Positions 26,178-38,429 of a stretch of DNA of 64,000 bases are shown one piece after another (position 1 is the first letter of the stretch; the number at the start of each line of letters is the position of its first letter). The notes beneath the pieces were generated by a model that saw only the letters and a list, made by a program, of their open reading frames with translations, was not told where the DNA came from and made no database searches. The translations under genes and the position numbers were made by a program. This DNA comes from Octopus sinensis (taxonomy: Eukaryota), in NCBI RefSeq assembly GCF_006345805.1, contig NC_043018.1:11408001-11472000 (forward strand), written 5' to 3'.

Positions 26178-26252
26178 TCCTTCATCAGTTGTCCCTGTTT
26201 CATCTACTCCACGTTTCGAAGGCAAGGACAAGATGCGGCTGCGTTGAAACAG
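26178..26252 (-). ncRNA. Candidate rearranged (non-circularly permuted) hammerhead ribozyme, copy 1
   Basis: Minus strand: CTGTTTCA ACGCAG CCGC ATC TTGTCC TTG CCTTC GAAA CGTGG AGTAGA TGAAACAG GGACAA CTGATGA AGGA. See findings. Confidence 0.55.
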
Positions 26253-26768
26253 TCCTTCACGCACAGCAAAGTAAATTTGAAATTTTTTGCGGAGGGTGAA
26301 AGTGTTAACAAGAACAAAACAGTAAAATGAAAGGTAAGGACTGTGAAGCCAAGATGATAGGAAAATCATTATGAACGCTAGGAAGACGAGCTTATGAAGG
26401 ATATATATATGTACGTATGTATTTATACATGTATGTATATGATGGGCTTCTCTCAGTTTCCATCTACCAAATCCACTCAGGAGGCTTTGGTTAGCCAGAA
26501 GCTATGGCAGAAGACACTTGCCCAATGTGCCATGCAGTGACATTGAACCCAGAGCCATGTGGTTCGGAAGCAAACTTCTTACCGCACAGCCATGCCTGCA
26601 CCTATATATGTATACATGTATGTATATTTGAATGTACATGTGTGTAATTAGTTCAACAAATTATTTCTGTGCATGGTTTCCATGTTCCATATCGAATTTT
26701 CATTTATGTACAATACATGTAAATATACACACACACACACACACACACATATATACATACATATACAT

Positions 26769-26808
<40 letters not shown>

Positions 26809-26837
26809 GCATATACATACATATACATATATATATA

Positions 26838-26849
<12 letters not shown>

Positions 26850-26876
<27 letters not shown>

Positions 26877-27446
26877 TATACATTATGCGTACATACACGC
26901 ACATTAATACATACACATATATATTCAAACAAACGTAATTGAAAACTATAGGTATGTGAAATTATCTCCCTTTACCCATACTTTTTAGTTTGAGAGTTTT
27001 GTTTTCTTTTCCTCACACACAGAAACACATACACACACACACACACACGCACACACACACTCATCTAAAGATGAGAAATTAGGTTTGCTAGGTTATTTTC
27101 CTTTTACTGAAGGAGACTCTTGAACTTTAGTATAAAGATTTGGCAATGCTATTTACACGAGGCCTCTGTAACCGAGGGCAGACAACTGAAAACACCAGCA
27201 GATGAGAAGTCAGTAGTTCAAATCCTGACAATGGCACTAACATAGTTTACCCTTTAAAACAGTCAGGTTCACCTGGCTTGCAATGCTAAGTACAAATCCT
27301 TTTCTGAATGTAGCCTAGAGAGTGGTGGGATCTATCAAACCCGTCGAACTAATCTGTCCAAAGACACTAGAAATGATCTGGTCTGTGTTGGCAAGTAATG
27401 AAGAGAACATGTAAATAAAACAAAATATTTTACAATGAACAAGAGG

Positions 27447-27496
<50 letters not shown>

Positions 27497-28762
27497 GAGG
27501 AGGGAAGAGAGAGAGAGTTTCAGTTAATCAAAGTTGAATTTTTGGTAAATTTTGGGAAGTACACCCACACTAAGAAAAAAAGAAAAAAACATTGGATTTT
27601 TTTGTGTGAAGTCAAGTATCCTTATTTTTGTCCAGAAAAAAAAAGGGAGATGGGAAATTGAAGGCGCCCACCCACCCATCCTGGAATCATTGGAATTATA
27701 TTTTTTTGCATTGAATGAATTATGGTGACCTAATGTGCGACAAAACACTACCTCACAATTGTGAGTCAGACACTTTAACCACCATGCCATGTGCCTTTAC
27801 ATTATATATATATATATAATATATATATATATACACACACATATACATTATGCGTACATACACGCACATTAATACATACACATATATATTCAAACAAACG
27901 TAATTGAAAACTATAGGTATGTGAAATTATCTCCCTTTACCCATACTTTTTAGTTTGAGAGTTTTGTTTTCTTTTCCTCACACACAGAAACACATACACA
28001 CACACACACACACGCACACACACACTCATCTAAAGATGAGAAATTAGGTTTGCTAGGTTATTTTCCTTTTACTGAAGGAGACTCTTGAACTTTAGTATAA
28101 AGATTTGGCAATGCTATTTACACGAGGCCTCTGTAACCGAGGGCAGACAACTGAAAACACCAGCAGATGAGAAGTCAGTAGTTCAAATCCTGACAATGGC
28201 ACTAACATAGTTTACCCTTTAAAACAGTCAGGTTCACCTGGCTTGCAATGCTAAGTACAAATCCTTTTCTGAATGTAGCCTAGAGAGTGGTGGGATCTAT
28301 CAAACCCGTCGAACTAATCTGTCCAAAGACACTAGAAATGATCTGGTCTGTGTTGGCAAGTAATGAAGAGAACATGTAAATAAAACAAAATATTTTACAA
28401 TGAACAAGAGGATCAGAGAGAGAGAGAGAGAGAGAGAGAGTGAGAGAGAGAGGAGGAGGAGGGAAAGAGAGAGAGAGTTTCAGTTAATCAAAGTTGAATT
28501 TTTGGTAAATTTTGGGAAGTACACCCACACTAAGAAAAAAAGAAAAAAACATTGGATTTTTTTGTGTGAAGTCAAGTATCCTTATTTTTGTCCAGAAAAA
28601 AAAAGGGAGATGGGAAATTGAAGGCGCCCACCCACCCATCCTGGAATCATTGGAATTATATTTTTTTGCATTGAATGAATTATGGTGACCTAATGTGCGA
28701 CAAAACACTACCTCACAATTGTGAGTCAGACACTTTAACCACCATGCCATGTGCCTTTACAT

Positions 28763-28770
<8 letters not shown>
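26850..28770. repeat. Tandem duplication, 2 x 960 bp, near-identical
   Basis: Identical ORFs at 27524-27790 and 28484-28750 (offset 960). Junctions lie in (TA)n; the visible differences are in microsatellites. Confidence 0.95.
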
Positions 28771-28794
<24 letters not shown>

Positions 28795-28845
28795 CACATA
28801 TATGCTAATTAGCTAAAATTGAAATACAGATAAAATGACACAAAC

Positions 28846-29017
28846 CTTTAAACTTGCTTGATGGGATGAATCCAGTGCTCTTTACATCTAGTTTTTGGCA
28901 ACTTTTCAAAATAGGTTTCCAATGCTGAAAAATTATATCTTTAATACTTTTTTCTGCAAGTTCTGCATTGACTAATGCGCCTTGAGATAGTGGCCGATCC
29001 ATTGGCAGGTGTGGTTT
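28846..29017 (-). CDS. EFCAB6: EFCAB6-like coding exon
   Basis: KPHLPMDRPLSQGALVNAELAEKSIKDIIFQHWKPILKSCQKLDVKSTGFIPSSKFK; donor G|gtttgt. The acceptor cccaag is less certain. Phase 0/1. Confidence 0.8.
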
Positions 29018-30999
29018 CTTGGGTTTAAAAAGTAAATAATGACACAAAACATTAGATATAAAACTGTTACCTATAACAGATTAGATTACTATTTTCTTCA
29101 AAAGATTTGGTATTCTAAGTTAATTATGTAGTTACCTATGTAACAATTACTACACAACATGCTAGTGAAACACGTATCTCATTTATTCTGCTCTTGGAGA
29201 TATACATGTAGTGAATCTTGCATGCATGAAGTGGATTCGATCCACTATGACCAAATTTAAATTAACACTGCAACAGAACTGTTCCCATGGTGGAACAAAG
29301 GTTTTTCTCTGACAGCAGTTTTACATTTTCCAGATGCCTCTAGCTCCACCGAAATAATGTCTTCACCACTTGACCCTTTCTAACCTCTTCTACTTCACCA
29401 AAAGCTAGAATAGAGATAACAAGACCGCCAGCTAAATCTATTGTTCTCAATGATATACCTATCCTTCTGGATCTTTATATAAGCAAGCACACCCCAAGCA
29501 AAAATCAGTTAGTCACCAGTCGGTGATGACTAGGGAACGGACTGCTAGAATCATGATCACAAGGAATACCTCTGCTAAATATAATAGTCAGTGAGAGAAA
29601 TGAAAATTACTGTCAGCAGGTGTGAGACAACACCCTACAATTCTCTCTAGCTCTAATTCTGTTCTCTTACAACATCATGCTATCTCTCTCTCAGCAATTA
29701 CTACTAAACAATGAAGAGAACCCAAACTCTAATCTTTATCTCTGTCTATTTCTAATATAATTACATCTCAACAGCCTCTTTCTCTGTCGCTTGCTCTCTA
29801 TACTACACCTCTGTATTCTCTCTTTTGACAATTTTTTATTATTAACTACACCTATACAGTCTCTCTGTCTCAAACTCTCTCTCTATAAACATTATTATTC
29901 ATTCACTGATCAGCAAAGCTGCTTGCTCTACGGCCACAAAGAATTGGAATGGATTGTCAGTCTATAATAGTTGAGCACCAAACTAAGTGCTTCACCAAAT
30001 AAGTTATATTACTTTGTACTCTGAGCATCTTTGCTTTTCATCTTGCCTGGAGAGACCGGAATCTAATAAGTACTAATAATAACACGAGCAGAGAAAAGAA
30101 GGAATTGGAGGGGGAGAAAATTCAACCAACTGTGCTCCAGCAACAAAGACTTTGTTTACAGAATATTGTTGTTGTAAAAACATGAGATCTTCCTCTACAC
30201 ATTTGAAACCAGCCCCAAAACTCATCAACCTCACCCCCTAACCTATGAGCTACCCAATTTATTACAGCAAATTTGTGCTTAATGATGCTGTCACTCATTC
30301 ATATTGCTTGTTTAATATTAATTGATCCCAAACCATCTATTTTTTTTTTTTTCAGCACTGATCATTCATCTTTCTTTCAGATCATTCTTACATACATACA
30401 ATCAGTTCTGCTTAATCGCTTAGCCTATATAATAATGCAAAAATAATGCAAAAATAAGCAAGGTTTTATTTTTTGTAATTACAATATATTTTGTGGGTGG
30501 TGTTTTGGAATAGCTCTTACTCATTGGAAGGAAAGGGGCAAGGAATTAGGGGACAAAAATGTAAAAAAAAAAAACTTGAATTTTAGGAGAAAAAATTTTT
30601 TCAAATCATAATTCCCATTGTATGAAAACAAAAGAATGTAAAATAGGAACCCCACAATCATCTAATTCCTGACCCTTTTCCTTCCCCATAAGGCAGTGAT
30701 AGCTATTGAAAAACTCTGCTCAATTCAGGGTGCTTTGCTTCACTGATACCAGAAGAAAGGAAAGTAAAACTGAACTTGGCAGGATTTGAAATCTTAATCA
30801 CATGACACAAAACTGAGAGAATAAAGTGTCACAACCCCACAAGAAGAAACACAATCAAATAGCAATGTACTCTGAGTTTTCAGGCCATAACATATTTTAC
30901 TTGATTCAATAGGTCTCCTCAAGCACAGTGTGTTGCTCGACAATTCAAAGGTACTTTTTAAATGGGCTGGTTATGCAACACTGGTGTAGGCTATGGCTG

Positions 31000-31642
31000 T
31001 GATCTCACTTTACTTGCTGGGTCTTCTCAATCACAGCATATCTCCAGAGGTCTCGGTCTTTTGTCATTGCCTCTGTGAGGCCCAACATTCAAAGGTCATG
31101 CTTGACCACCTCATCTCATGTCTTCCTGGGTCTCCCTCTTCCACGGGTTCCTTCCATTGTTAGGGAGTGACACTTCTTCACACAGCTCTCCTCATCCATA
31201 TGCAGCACATGACCATACATTTCCCTCAGGACACTCACACTCTGTCATGTGCGCACACTGACATTACACATCCAGTGGATCATGCCAGCTTCATTTCTTT
31301 CAAGCCTGCACATGTCTTCAGCAGTCACAGCCCATGTTTCACTGTTGTATAGCATGGCAGTTAGCCCACATGCATCATACAATATACCTTTCACTCTGAG
31401 CAAGAGGCCCTTTGTCACCAGTAGAGGTAGGAGCTTTCTGAACTTTGCCCAGGCTATTCTTATTCTAGTGGCAACGCTCTCCAAGCATTCACCCCCACTA
31501 CAGACTTGATTGCTTAAGTAGCGGAAGCTATCAACTACTTCTAGTTTCTCCCCTGGCATGTTTTGGAATCAGTTTTCTGAGCATCTGCGGTGTTTATTGT
31601 CCCTGTGCATCATCGCACACAAAAGCTATCTTCCTGGTTAAC
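31000..31642 (-). mobile_element. RTE LINE fragment, same family as 18927-19810
   Basis: GEKLEVVDSFRYL...RIRIAWAKFRKLLPLLVTKGL...NSETWAVTAED. Confidence 0.88.
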
Positions 31643-32855
31643 CAGAGAGAAGGAGACATTTCATTTAGAAAATTGCATGAAGAATTAAAGAGAAACAAAG
31701 GCTGAGAGAGAGATTAGGAAGTTATATATTGAAGGTTCAATTTAAATAATTAACTTACAAAAGTAGATATTAGTAAATGATACATATTAAAAGTATTAAT
31801 GGTGACTGAATGCTATGAAAAGATTGAAAAACGAGAGAATATCTTAGCTTAGCAATGCATAACTGGTTGTCCAAGAACCATCTACGTTGGAATGAGTTGC
31901 GTGAAAAACAGGGGGAAATATTTATTACTATTGCTAAAATTAGATACAGCTAACTTGTAGGACATAAATAATTGGCAATACATTGTTTCAAATAGTCATA
32001 AAAATGAAGACGGAAAGGTTTATGAAGACCTGAAGTACAGCATTCACAAAAATTCTGGCTACAATTCTATTCAAAATTTGGCAAGACGCAAAAGCATAAT
32101 GTCAAGGATTCTGGTTTGAACTCTGTTCAAGCTGAAAACTGTGAAGTGAAATCAAACTGTTTTCACATCAAGGTCCCAGGTCGCTCATAGCAAAACTCTC
32201 CTCCCTAGGGACTTAGCAAGCCAAAACTTCCCATTTTAAAACTGATGAACAGATGCTAGGCTTGTTCATCACGTTAATGGGGTGGATGGTCCAAGTAAAA
32301 CTAAATGGATTTGACCATCACATAGTGAACCAAAATGGGTAGTTAAAAGTTAAAATCCACAATGTGGGCAGCTAAAATTCAAGAGCGCTCATGCTTCTGC
32401 TACATAATTAATAGAATTATGTAATTAATTGCATTCTAGTTAATAACATAACACTATTAATTGCATTATCTTTCAAAACAACAAAATTGTTATTGTCAAA
32501 ACTATGTAAAAATGATTGATTTAATTGCATTTAGAAATAAATTAATCCATAATGCAAATTATGTAAACTCTTGGCACACAATATGGTGGAATCAACTGTA
32601 TGCTATGTTTATTTTTACTTTTTATAATAATTCCCAAAAATCAAGAATATTTTATAAAAATATTAAATTTATAGGTACAGTTAACCTCAGCAAGATTTGA
32701 ACTCAGAACATAAAGGAATGAAACTAAACACCAAATATCTTTTCCAATACATTAATGATTCAGCCAATCTGCTATCTAAAAACAAACAATGGGTGTTTGA
32801 GTTATCCTCTAAGAATAAACATCCAAATATTTGAATTCTTTGACAGATCACTTAC

Positions 32856-32912
32856 CTCTCTTTGTGCCGCCGGTAGACGTGGCTCTTTTCTAAAGTATCT
32901 TGTGGAACCAAG
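32856..32912 (-). CDS. EFCAB6: EFCAB6-like small linker exon
   Basis: cctacag acceptor, GAG|gtaagt donor; 57 nt, LGSTRYFRKEPRLPAAQRE, phase 0/0. Supported only by splice signals and an open frame. Confidence 0.65.
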
Positions 32913-33029
32913 CTGTAGGTCAAAACATACATTTAGACATTTAGTGGCTGTTTAAGCAATGAGCTTGTGGATGCTTAATAGGCTGGGTGTGGTGTTGATG
33001 ATGAACTCCTGAAATATGGCATTGAAACC

Positions 33030-33348
33030 ACCTTTGGTCATGACTGACCGTGGGATTGCACCTAGAAAGTAACCCTCCCAGACACAAGTCTGGGCAAGGT
33101 TGTTTACGGAAGACCAGCAGTCGCCCATGCATACCGACCTCCCCTCTCCATGCCACCATTGTTACCCAAGGGAAAGGCAAAGGGGCCGATACAGCTTGGC
33201 ACCTGTGATGTCGCAGCTAATTTCTACAGCTGAGTGAACTGGAGCAATGTGAAATAAAGTGTCTTGCTCAAGAACACAACATGCAGCCCGGTCCAGGATT
33301 CGAACTCACAACCTCACGATCTTAAGCTCGACACTCTAACCACTGAGC
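33030..33348 (-). mobile_element. SINE family D (tRNA head plus GTTCTTGAGCAAGACACTT core)
   Basis: B-box GTTCGAATCC. Other copies at about 10095-10260(+), 34345-34480(+), 49200-49422(-), 54650-54992(-), 61277-61373(+), 62740-62900(-). Confidence 0.8.
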
Positions 33349-34031
33349 ATTACCCATTTTTCCATCTTCATTGTTTACATTAGGCGTATTTGGATATGAA
33401 AAGTTTCTTACTTCTTATTTCTTTATTGCCCACAAGGGGCTAAACATAGAAGGGACAAAGGGATTAAGTCGATTACATCAACCCCAGAGCGTAACTGGTA
33501 CTTAATTTATCGACCCCAAAAGGATGAGAGGCAAAGTTGACCTCAGCGGAATTTGAGCTCAGAACCTAACGGCAGACAAAATACTGCTAAGCATTTCGCA
33601 CGGTGTGCTAACATTTCTGCCAGCTCGCTGCCTTCTGGGATATGAAAAGTTGTGATAAATCAGTGCTGGATATAGGAAACAGTTTTGACTTATAAAGCAT
33701 TTAATATATACTTTGTAGCATATTATGGTTGCAAATAATTTGTACTCCTAGCTTTGATTAATCCTTAAGCTATAAATTGGTTCCCTTCAAGATTTCATGT
33801 GAACTTATTGTTCCAATACCAAGTTAATAATGATGAAGTTATTTCAATAAATTCAATTAATTTCAAAAATATAAAAAGCAGAATATTACTATTTTGTGGT
33901 GGTGGTTGTAATGATGATGACACCAGTGATGATGATCTGTAGCAGCAGCAGCAGCAGCAGCAGCTGCAGTGACTATCAATTATACAATGAATTCAAATAT
34001 GTCAAAATATCAGGATTTATTTTTTACCTAC

Positions 34032-34250
34032 CTCAAAAGGTTTGTCTTTTAGTATTATTTCCTTTGCATTTCGACAGAAACTTGGCCCTGATGGTTTCCA
34101 TGGTTCTGGGACATAGTTGACATTCACAGTATTCAAAGACCTGCCAGCTATAGATCGGCTTCTTGCTGCAGGGCAATACTGGTTAAGAAAATCCTTGTAC
34201 ATTAGGTTTTCAAATGAGTTAAGTGGTAGAATTCTCCAAAATTTTGTAAA
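34032..34250 (-). CDS. EFCAB6: EFCAB6-like coding exon
   Basis: tttcag acceptor, GAG|gtaggt donor; FTKFWRILPLNSFENLMYKDFLNQYC...KPFE; phase 0/0. Confidence 0.85.
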
Positions 34251-34559
34251 CTGAAATCAAAGGAAGAAAGAAATAAAGATTGTAATCTGATGCTACGGAT
34301 GAGAACATATTTACCATGGATTAGTTAGAGATGTGTGTGTGTGTGTGTGGCTTAATGGTTAGCATGTTGAACTCAAGGTTGTAAGGTTGTGGTTTTGGTT
34401 CTCAGACTAAATTATGCATTGTGTTCTTGAGCAAAACATCTCATTTCTCCTCACTCCACTCTGCCTAGCTGAAAATGTGTAAAGCAACCACAAAGGGAGC
34501 ATTCTCCCCTCTTGAACAAGACATTAGTTCCTCACAGGGGGTTGACCCTATGAGTGACT

Positions 34560-36270
34560 GATGTTTTGCCCAGAGGAGAGTATTGTACTCTCAGTCACTT
34601 GGAAACCAGAATAAGGTCTTGTAGGATTCCAAGTGACATACATACATACCTGATTATCCAATTTTTTACAGATATTAGAATGAAATTTGGTGTGCTCGAA
34701 TGCATTTTTGACAATAAAATGTAGAAAAGTTGTGCCCTCTTCTGAAAACCTAAAAATGAGCAGCTTGGTAATATAACCCTTATAGGTATATATACACTTA
34801 TAGATATCTTGGACAAGGTGAGAATGTCAGATATGATGAACCCATAAATAGAGGACCAGGAATGAATACCTCAGAAGATTAAAGAGACAGTGTATGAAGA
34901 TTGTAAACGATGTGAACAGAGAACTCAATGACAGCAAAAAATCCCACCTGGAAACAGCACTGCTGGAGATTAAGAAACATCTGAACTGTTCCCATGAAAA
35001 GAAAAAGCAGACAAAGAAGCCTGGGTTATAAAATATATAATGCCAAACCCTAAACCTTCTTTAAGTATGCCAGAGAAACTGCCTTCATGTGTTGCAAAGT
35101 AGAGCCACTCCTCAAAACAAAAGATGGTTTCTTCATGGGAAACCCAATGAGAGTAAGTGAAACACTCAATTAACAATTCAAAAGTGTCTTCACCCTAACC
35201 TTAAGGCACATGCATGTTAGCAAACCTGTAAAATTCTTTACCACTACAGATGTAGACAGGGAGGCAGTAACAACTGATAAGCTCGACATCAAAGAAGAGG
35301 ATGTAACACTAGCAATAGATGACATAGAAGCAAACTCCGTAGCTGGCCCTGAAGGTTTCTCAGCAATCCTTCTTCTCAAGTCATGGAAACAAACCCTGGC
35401 AAAACCACTGCAGCTTCATTTTCAGAGCCTTCTTGTAAATGGTAAGCTTTCAAGCAAACTGAAGGAGGAAGTAATATGCCTATTCATGAAGGAGGAAGCA
35501 GAGCCGATGCTAAAAACTCTAGGCCTATCTCCCTGACCTCACACATCAGAAAAGTCATGGAACAAATAGCCCAGAGGAAACTAATTGTGTTCCTTGAAGA
35601 GAATGACTTGGTGACTGACACCTAGTATGGCTATCAACCAGGTAGAAGCTGCCTGACACAACTCTTTACAGCATAATGACTGGATGTTAAAGCGGCTACT
35701 CAACAACTCAAATGGGAACTTGATACATCTAGACTTTGCAAAAGCCTTTGATAAAGTCGACCATGGTATAATATGGCACATGCTGTGTAATCTCAGCATA
35801 GTTGGAAAACTTGGAGAATGGCTGCATGACTTTCCAAAAGTCCCAATGAGGCCACCTCCAAGGAAACACAAATAATGATTGGTGTCCCACAGGGCACTGT
35901 CTTGGGGCCACAGCTATTCATAGTAGCCCTCTCAGACATGCCCTCAGCTGCTCAGATAGCCATCCTTGCTATTTATGCAGATGATACAGAATCCTGGAGA
36001 TGTTGTTTATCTGCAACAGGAATTGGCTGCAATATACAGGTGGGCTAAGAAAAATGAAACGCAGTTTCATGTTGGAAAATCCCAAGCCCTGCACTACCAA
36101 CACCAAAGCTAAATGAAAAGCAGACAGGATACACTGGTCCAAGAGGGATTGCAATCCCTGAATCAAAATCAAAGCACAACCTGGACATCAATATGAGTAA
36201 TGATACATCTTCCCAGGTGCATAATATTAAGTTGGCAATAAAATGAAGATGGTTGGCTGGATATAGCCCT
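34560..36270 (+). mobile_element. CR1/L2/Jockey-group LINE RT remnant
   Basis: AGPEGFSAILL, RPISLTS-like segment, LDFAKAFDKVDH, GVPQGTVLGP and YADD (about 35973-35986); many frameshifts. Confidence 0.85.
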
Positions 36271-36539
36271 CCAACTCATTGGATCCTTTTGAGCCATCCT
36301 ACTCATGATAGTATGGAAGATGGACATGAAAAGATCACACACACACATGCATGTATGACATGGTTTTGAGTACAGTGTCACTGTGCACCACTTTGGACAA
36401 ATGTCTTCTATAGTCAAAGGCTCATCAAAGCCTTTAAGTGAATTTGGGAGATAGAAACTGAAACAATCCCATTTCGTATATATATATAATATAAATTGGA
36501 CATTGGCAATCATTGTATTCTTTCTGGTCTTGAGGTTCA

Positions 36540-36892
36540 CAGGCAAACGGCTGGGTGGATTCACATGAAAAATGGCACACATGTGGAGATGGGTGCATAG
36601 ATTGGAATGCAGTTTGTATTTTTTTCCTAACCCCCCATACTTACCGAGAAAATCAATTAAAACTTTTTCTAATGGAATTCCCCTCTTTCTTCCGCTATTA
36701 AAGCAACTAGTTGCTTAGAAGCTGTTTTCTGATGGGGTGGGGCCAGGAAATTTTCATACAGCTGGAGGATCCAATCGAAACAGGGGACCCAAAATTATAA
36801 GGTTGAGAAATGCTGTTATAGATTATGCCTAACCGAAAACGATTATAGCCACATCATCCAAACAGACCGGGTGAAACTGGCCTTAGCTGCTA

Positions 36893-36894
<2 letters not shown>
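36540..36894 (+). mobile_element. Non-autonomous Helitron-like 3' end
   Basis: Hairpin ACCGGGTGAAACTGG followed about 9 nt later by CTAG|T at 36890-36894, next to (TA)n. The 5' boundary is uncertain. Confidence 0.5.
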
Positions 36895-36937
<43 letters not shown>

Positions 36938-38163
36938 CATACCCCAGGAAAACATCTTTTCCAACAGACACACACACATATATCATCATCTCCATGCTGG
37001 CATGAGTTGGATGGATTGACAGGAGCTGATCAGCTGAAAAGCTGCTTGGCCTCTGTGTCTGTTTTGGTAGGTTTTTTAAATCTGGATGCCTTTCTTAATG
37101 CCAACCGCTTTAACAGAAAGTATTGGATGCTTTTAGACACAGCACCAGCACAGCTGTTCTTTACGTGGCATCAGCTCCCATGAGCCAACAAGATTAAGAC
37201 TGCTCAGCTGAAAAATATGAAATGCTCCACAAATTTGTGTGTCAAGGTTTCTTACCATCAGATATAAGATCCTGCCAAGATCAGCTTTAGCCTTCATCCT
37301 TCTGGGGTTGATAAAATTAATTACTACACAGAGACTGAGGCAATCATAATCAATGCTACTTTACCCCAAAACTTGAGGCCTTAAAAAAATCGATAGTGCA
37401 AAGTATCAGTCCTTTAATGTTTCTGTCACTCACCCATCCTGGCCATTCTGCAGACTTTGCTATAAAAACATTTGTATTTTTTATTTTCGACTACATTTCA
37501 TATCGTTTTTGAGAAATATCTTTTTGATACTAAAAATATTGTCAAAGCATGCCAGTTGAAAACTTTAGAAGTTTTGAAGCTGAAATAAGACTTTTAGAGT
37601 GAGTACATTTATGTGTTTGCTCAACTTGCTAGAAACAGAAGCTAAATTTTCTTTAAACATCACCATACCATCTAATATAAGGCTAGATGCTTTAAGTGAT
37701 GTGAGTCCTACATATTCCAAAAAGATTGGAATGCTTTGATTAATTATATGTCTGTTGGACAGTGCTGGTCTGGGGCTAAAGAACAACAGAATTTGACCAA
37801 GAAGAAACAGATTTTAATGAAAATGTAGTGAACCATAGACGAGATCGTGAGAGAAATTGCCTCGGTTGTAAAATGAAATTAGCAAACTCCTTTTTAAAAC
37901 AGTGATTTAAAGCAAAATATGTTAAAAGAATATCTGGAAATTCATCTAACTTCACAATTGGGTCCTCTATCCATCGACTTTCTAAAAACAAACTTTTTAA
38001 CGATATTTTCCATAGGTTAGGTTTAGGATAATGAAGATGACGATTATTTGGAAAAATGGAGGGAAAAAAATGTTCATGATCATTCCCAGAATCTCGGACA
38101 TATTTTCGCAGGCGTCAGCGATGGGTGGTACACACAACGAAAAAGGAAAACGAAAAAGAAATC

Positions 38164-38429
38164 GGTACCACTTAAGAACAGTGGTCCCGGTGCGCACACT
38201 CGCATACTCGCGAATCTGCGCTAGCTAGTCGTGACTAGTCGATCCTACAACGACTACATAGCAAAGTAAATAAAACACAAAATAAATAATTCTTTTAACA
38301 CAAAGTAAATAATTTTTTAAAAATAAAGTAAATAAAACACAAAAATACAAAGTAAGGATCGACTAGTCACGACTAGCTAGCGCGGACGCGCGAGTGCGCG
38401 CACCGGGACCACTCTTCTTAAGTAGTACC
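38164..38429. mobile_element. Young CpG-rich MITE with about 80-bp TIRs starting GGTAC and a 9-bp TSD (Merlin- or Mutator-type)
   Basis: TSD AAAGAAATC at 38155-38163 and 38430-38438; TIRs GGTACCACTTAAGAACAGTGGTCCCGGTGCGC... / ...GCGCACCGGGACCACTCTTCTTAAGTAGTACC. Confidence 0.85.

Noticed and set aside
26178-26262. Twister or HDV-like reading of the structured repeat
   Set aside because: The required pseudoknot pairings (twister T1; HDV P3/P1.1) are absent and not supported by copy 2. The hammerhead reading explains the covariation better.
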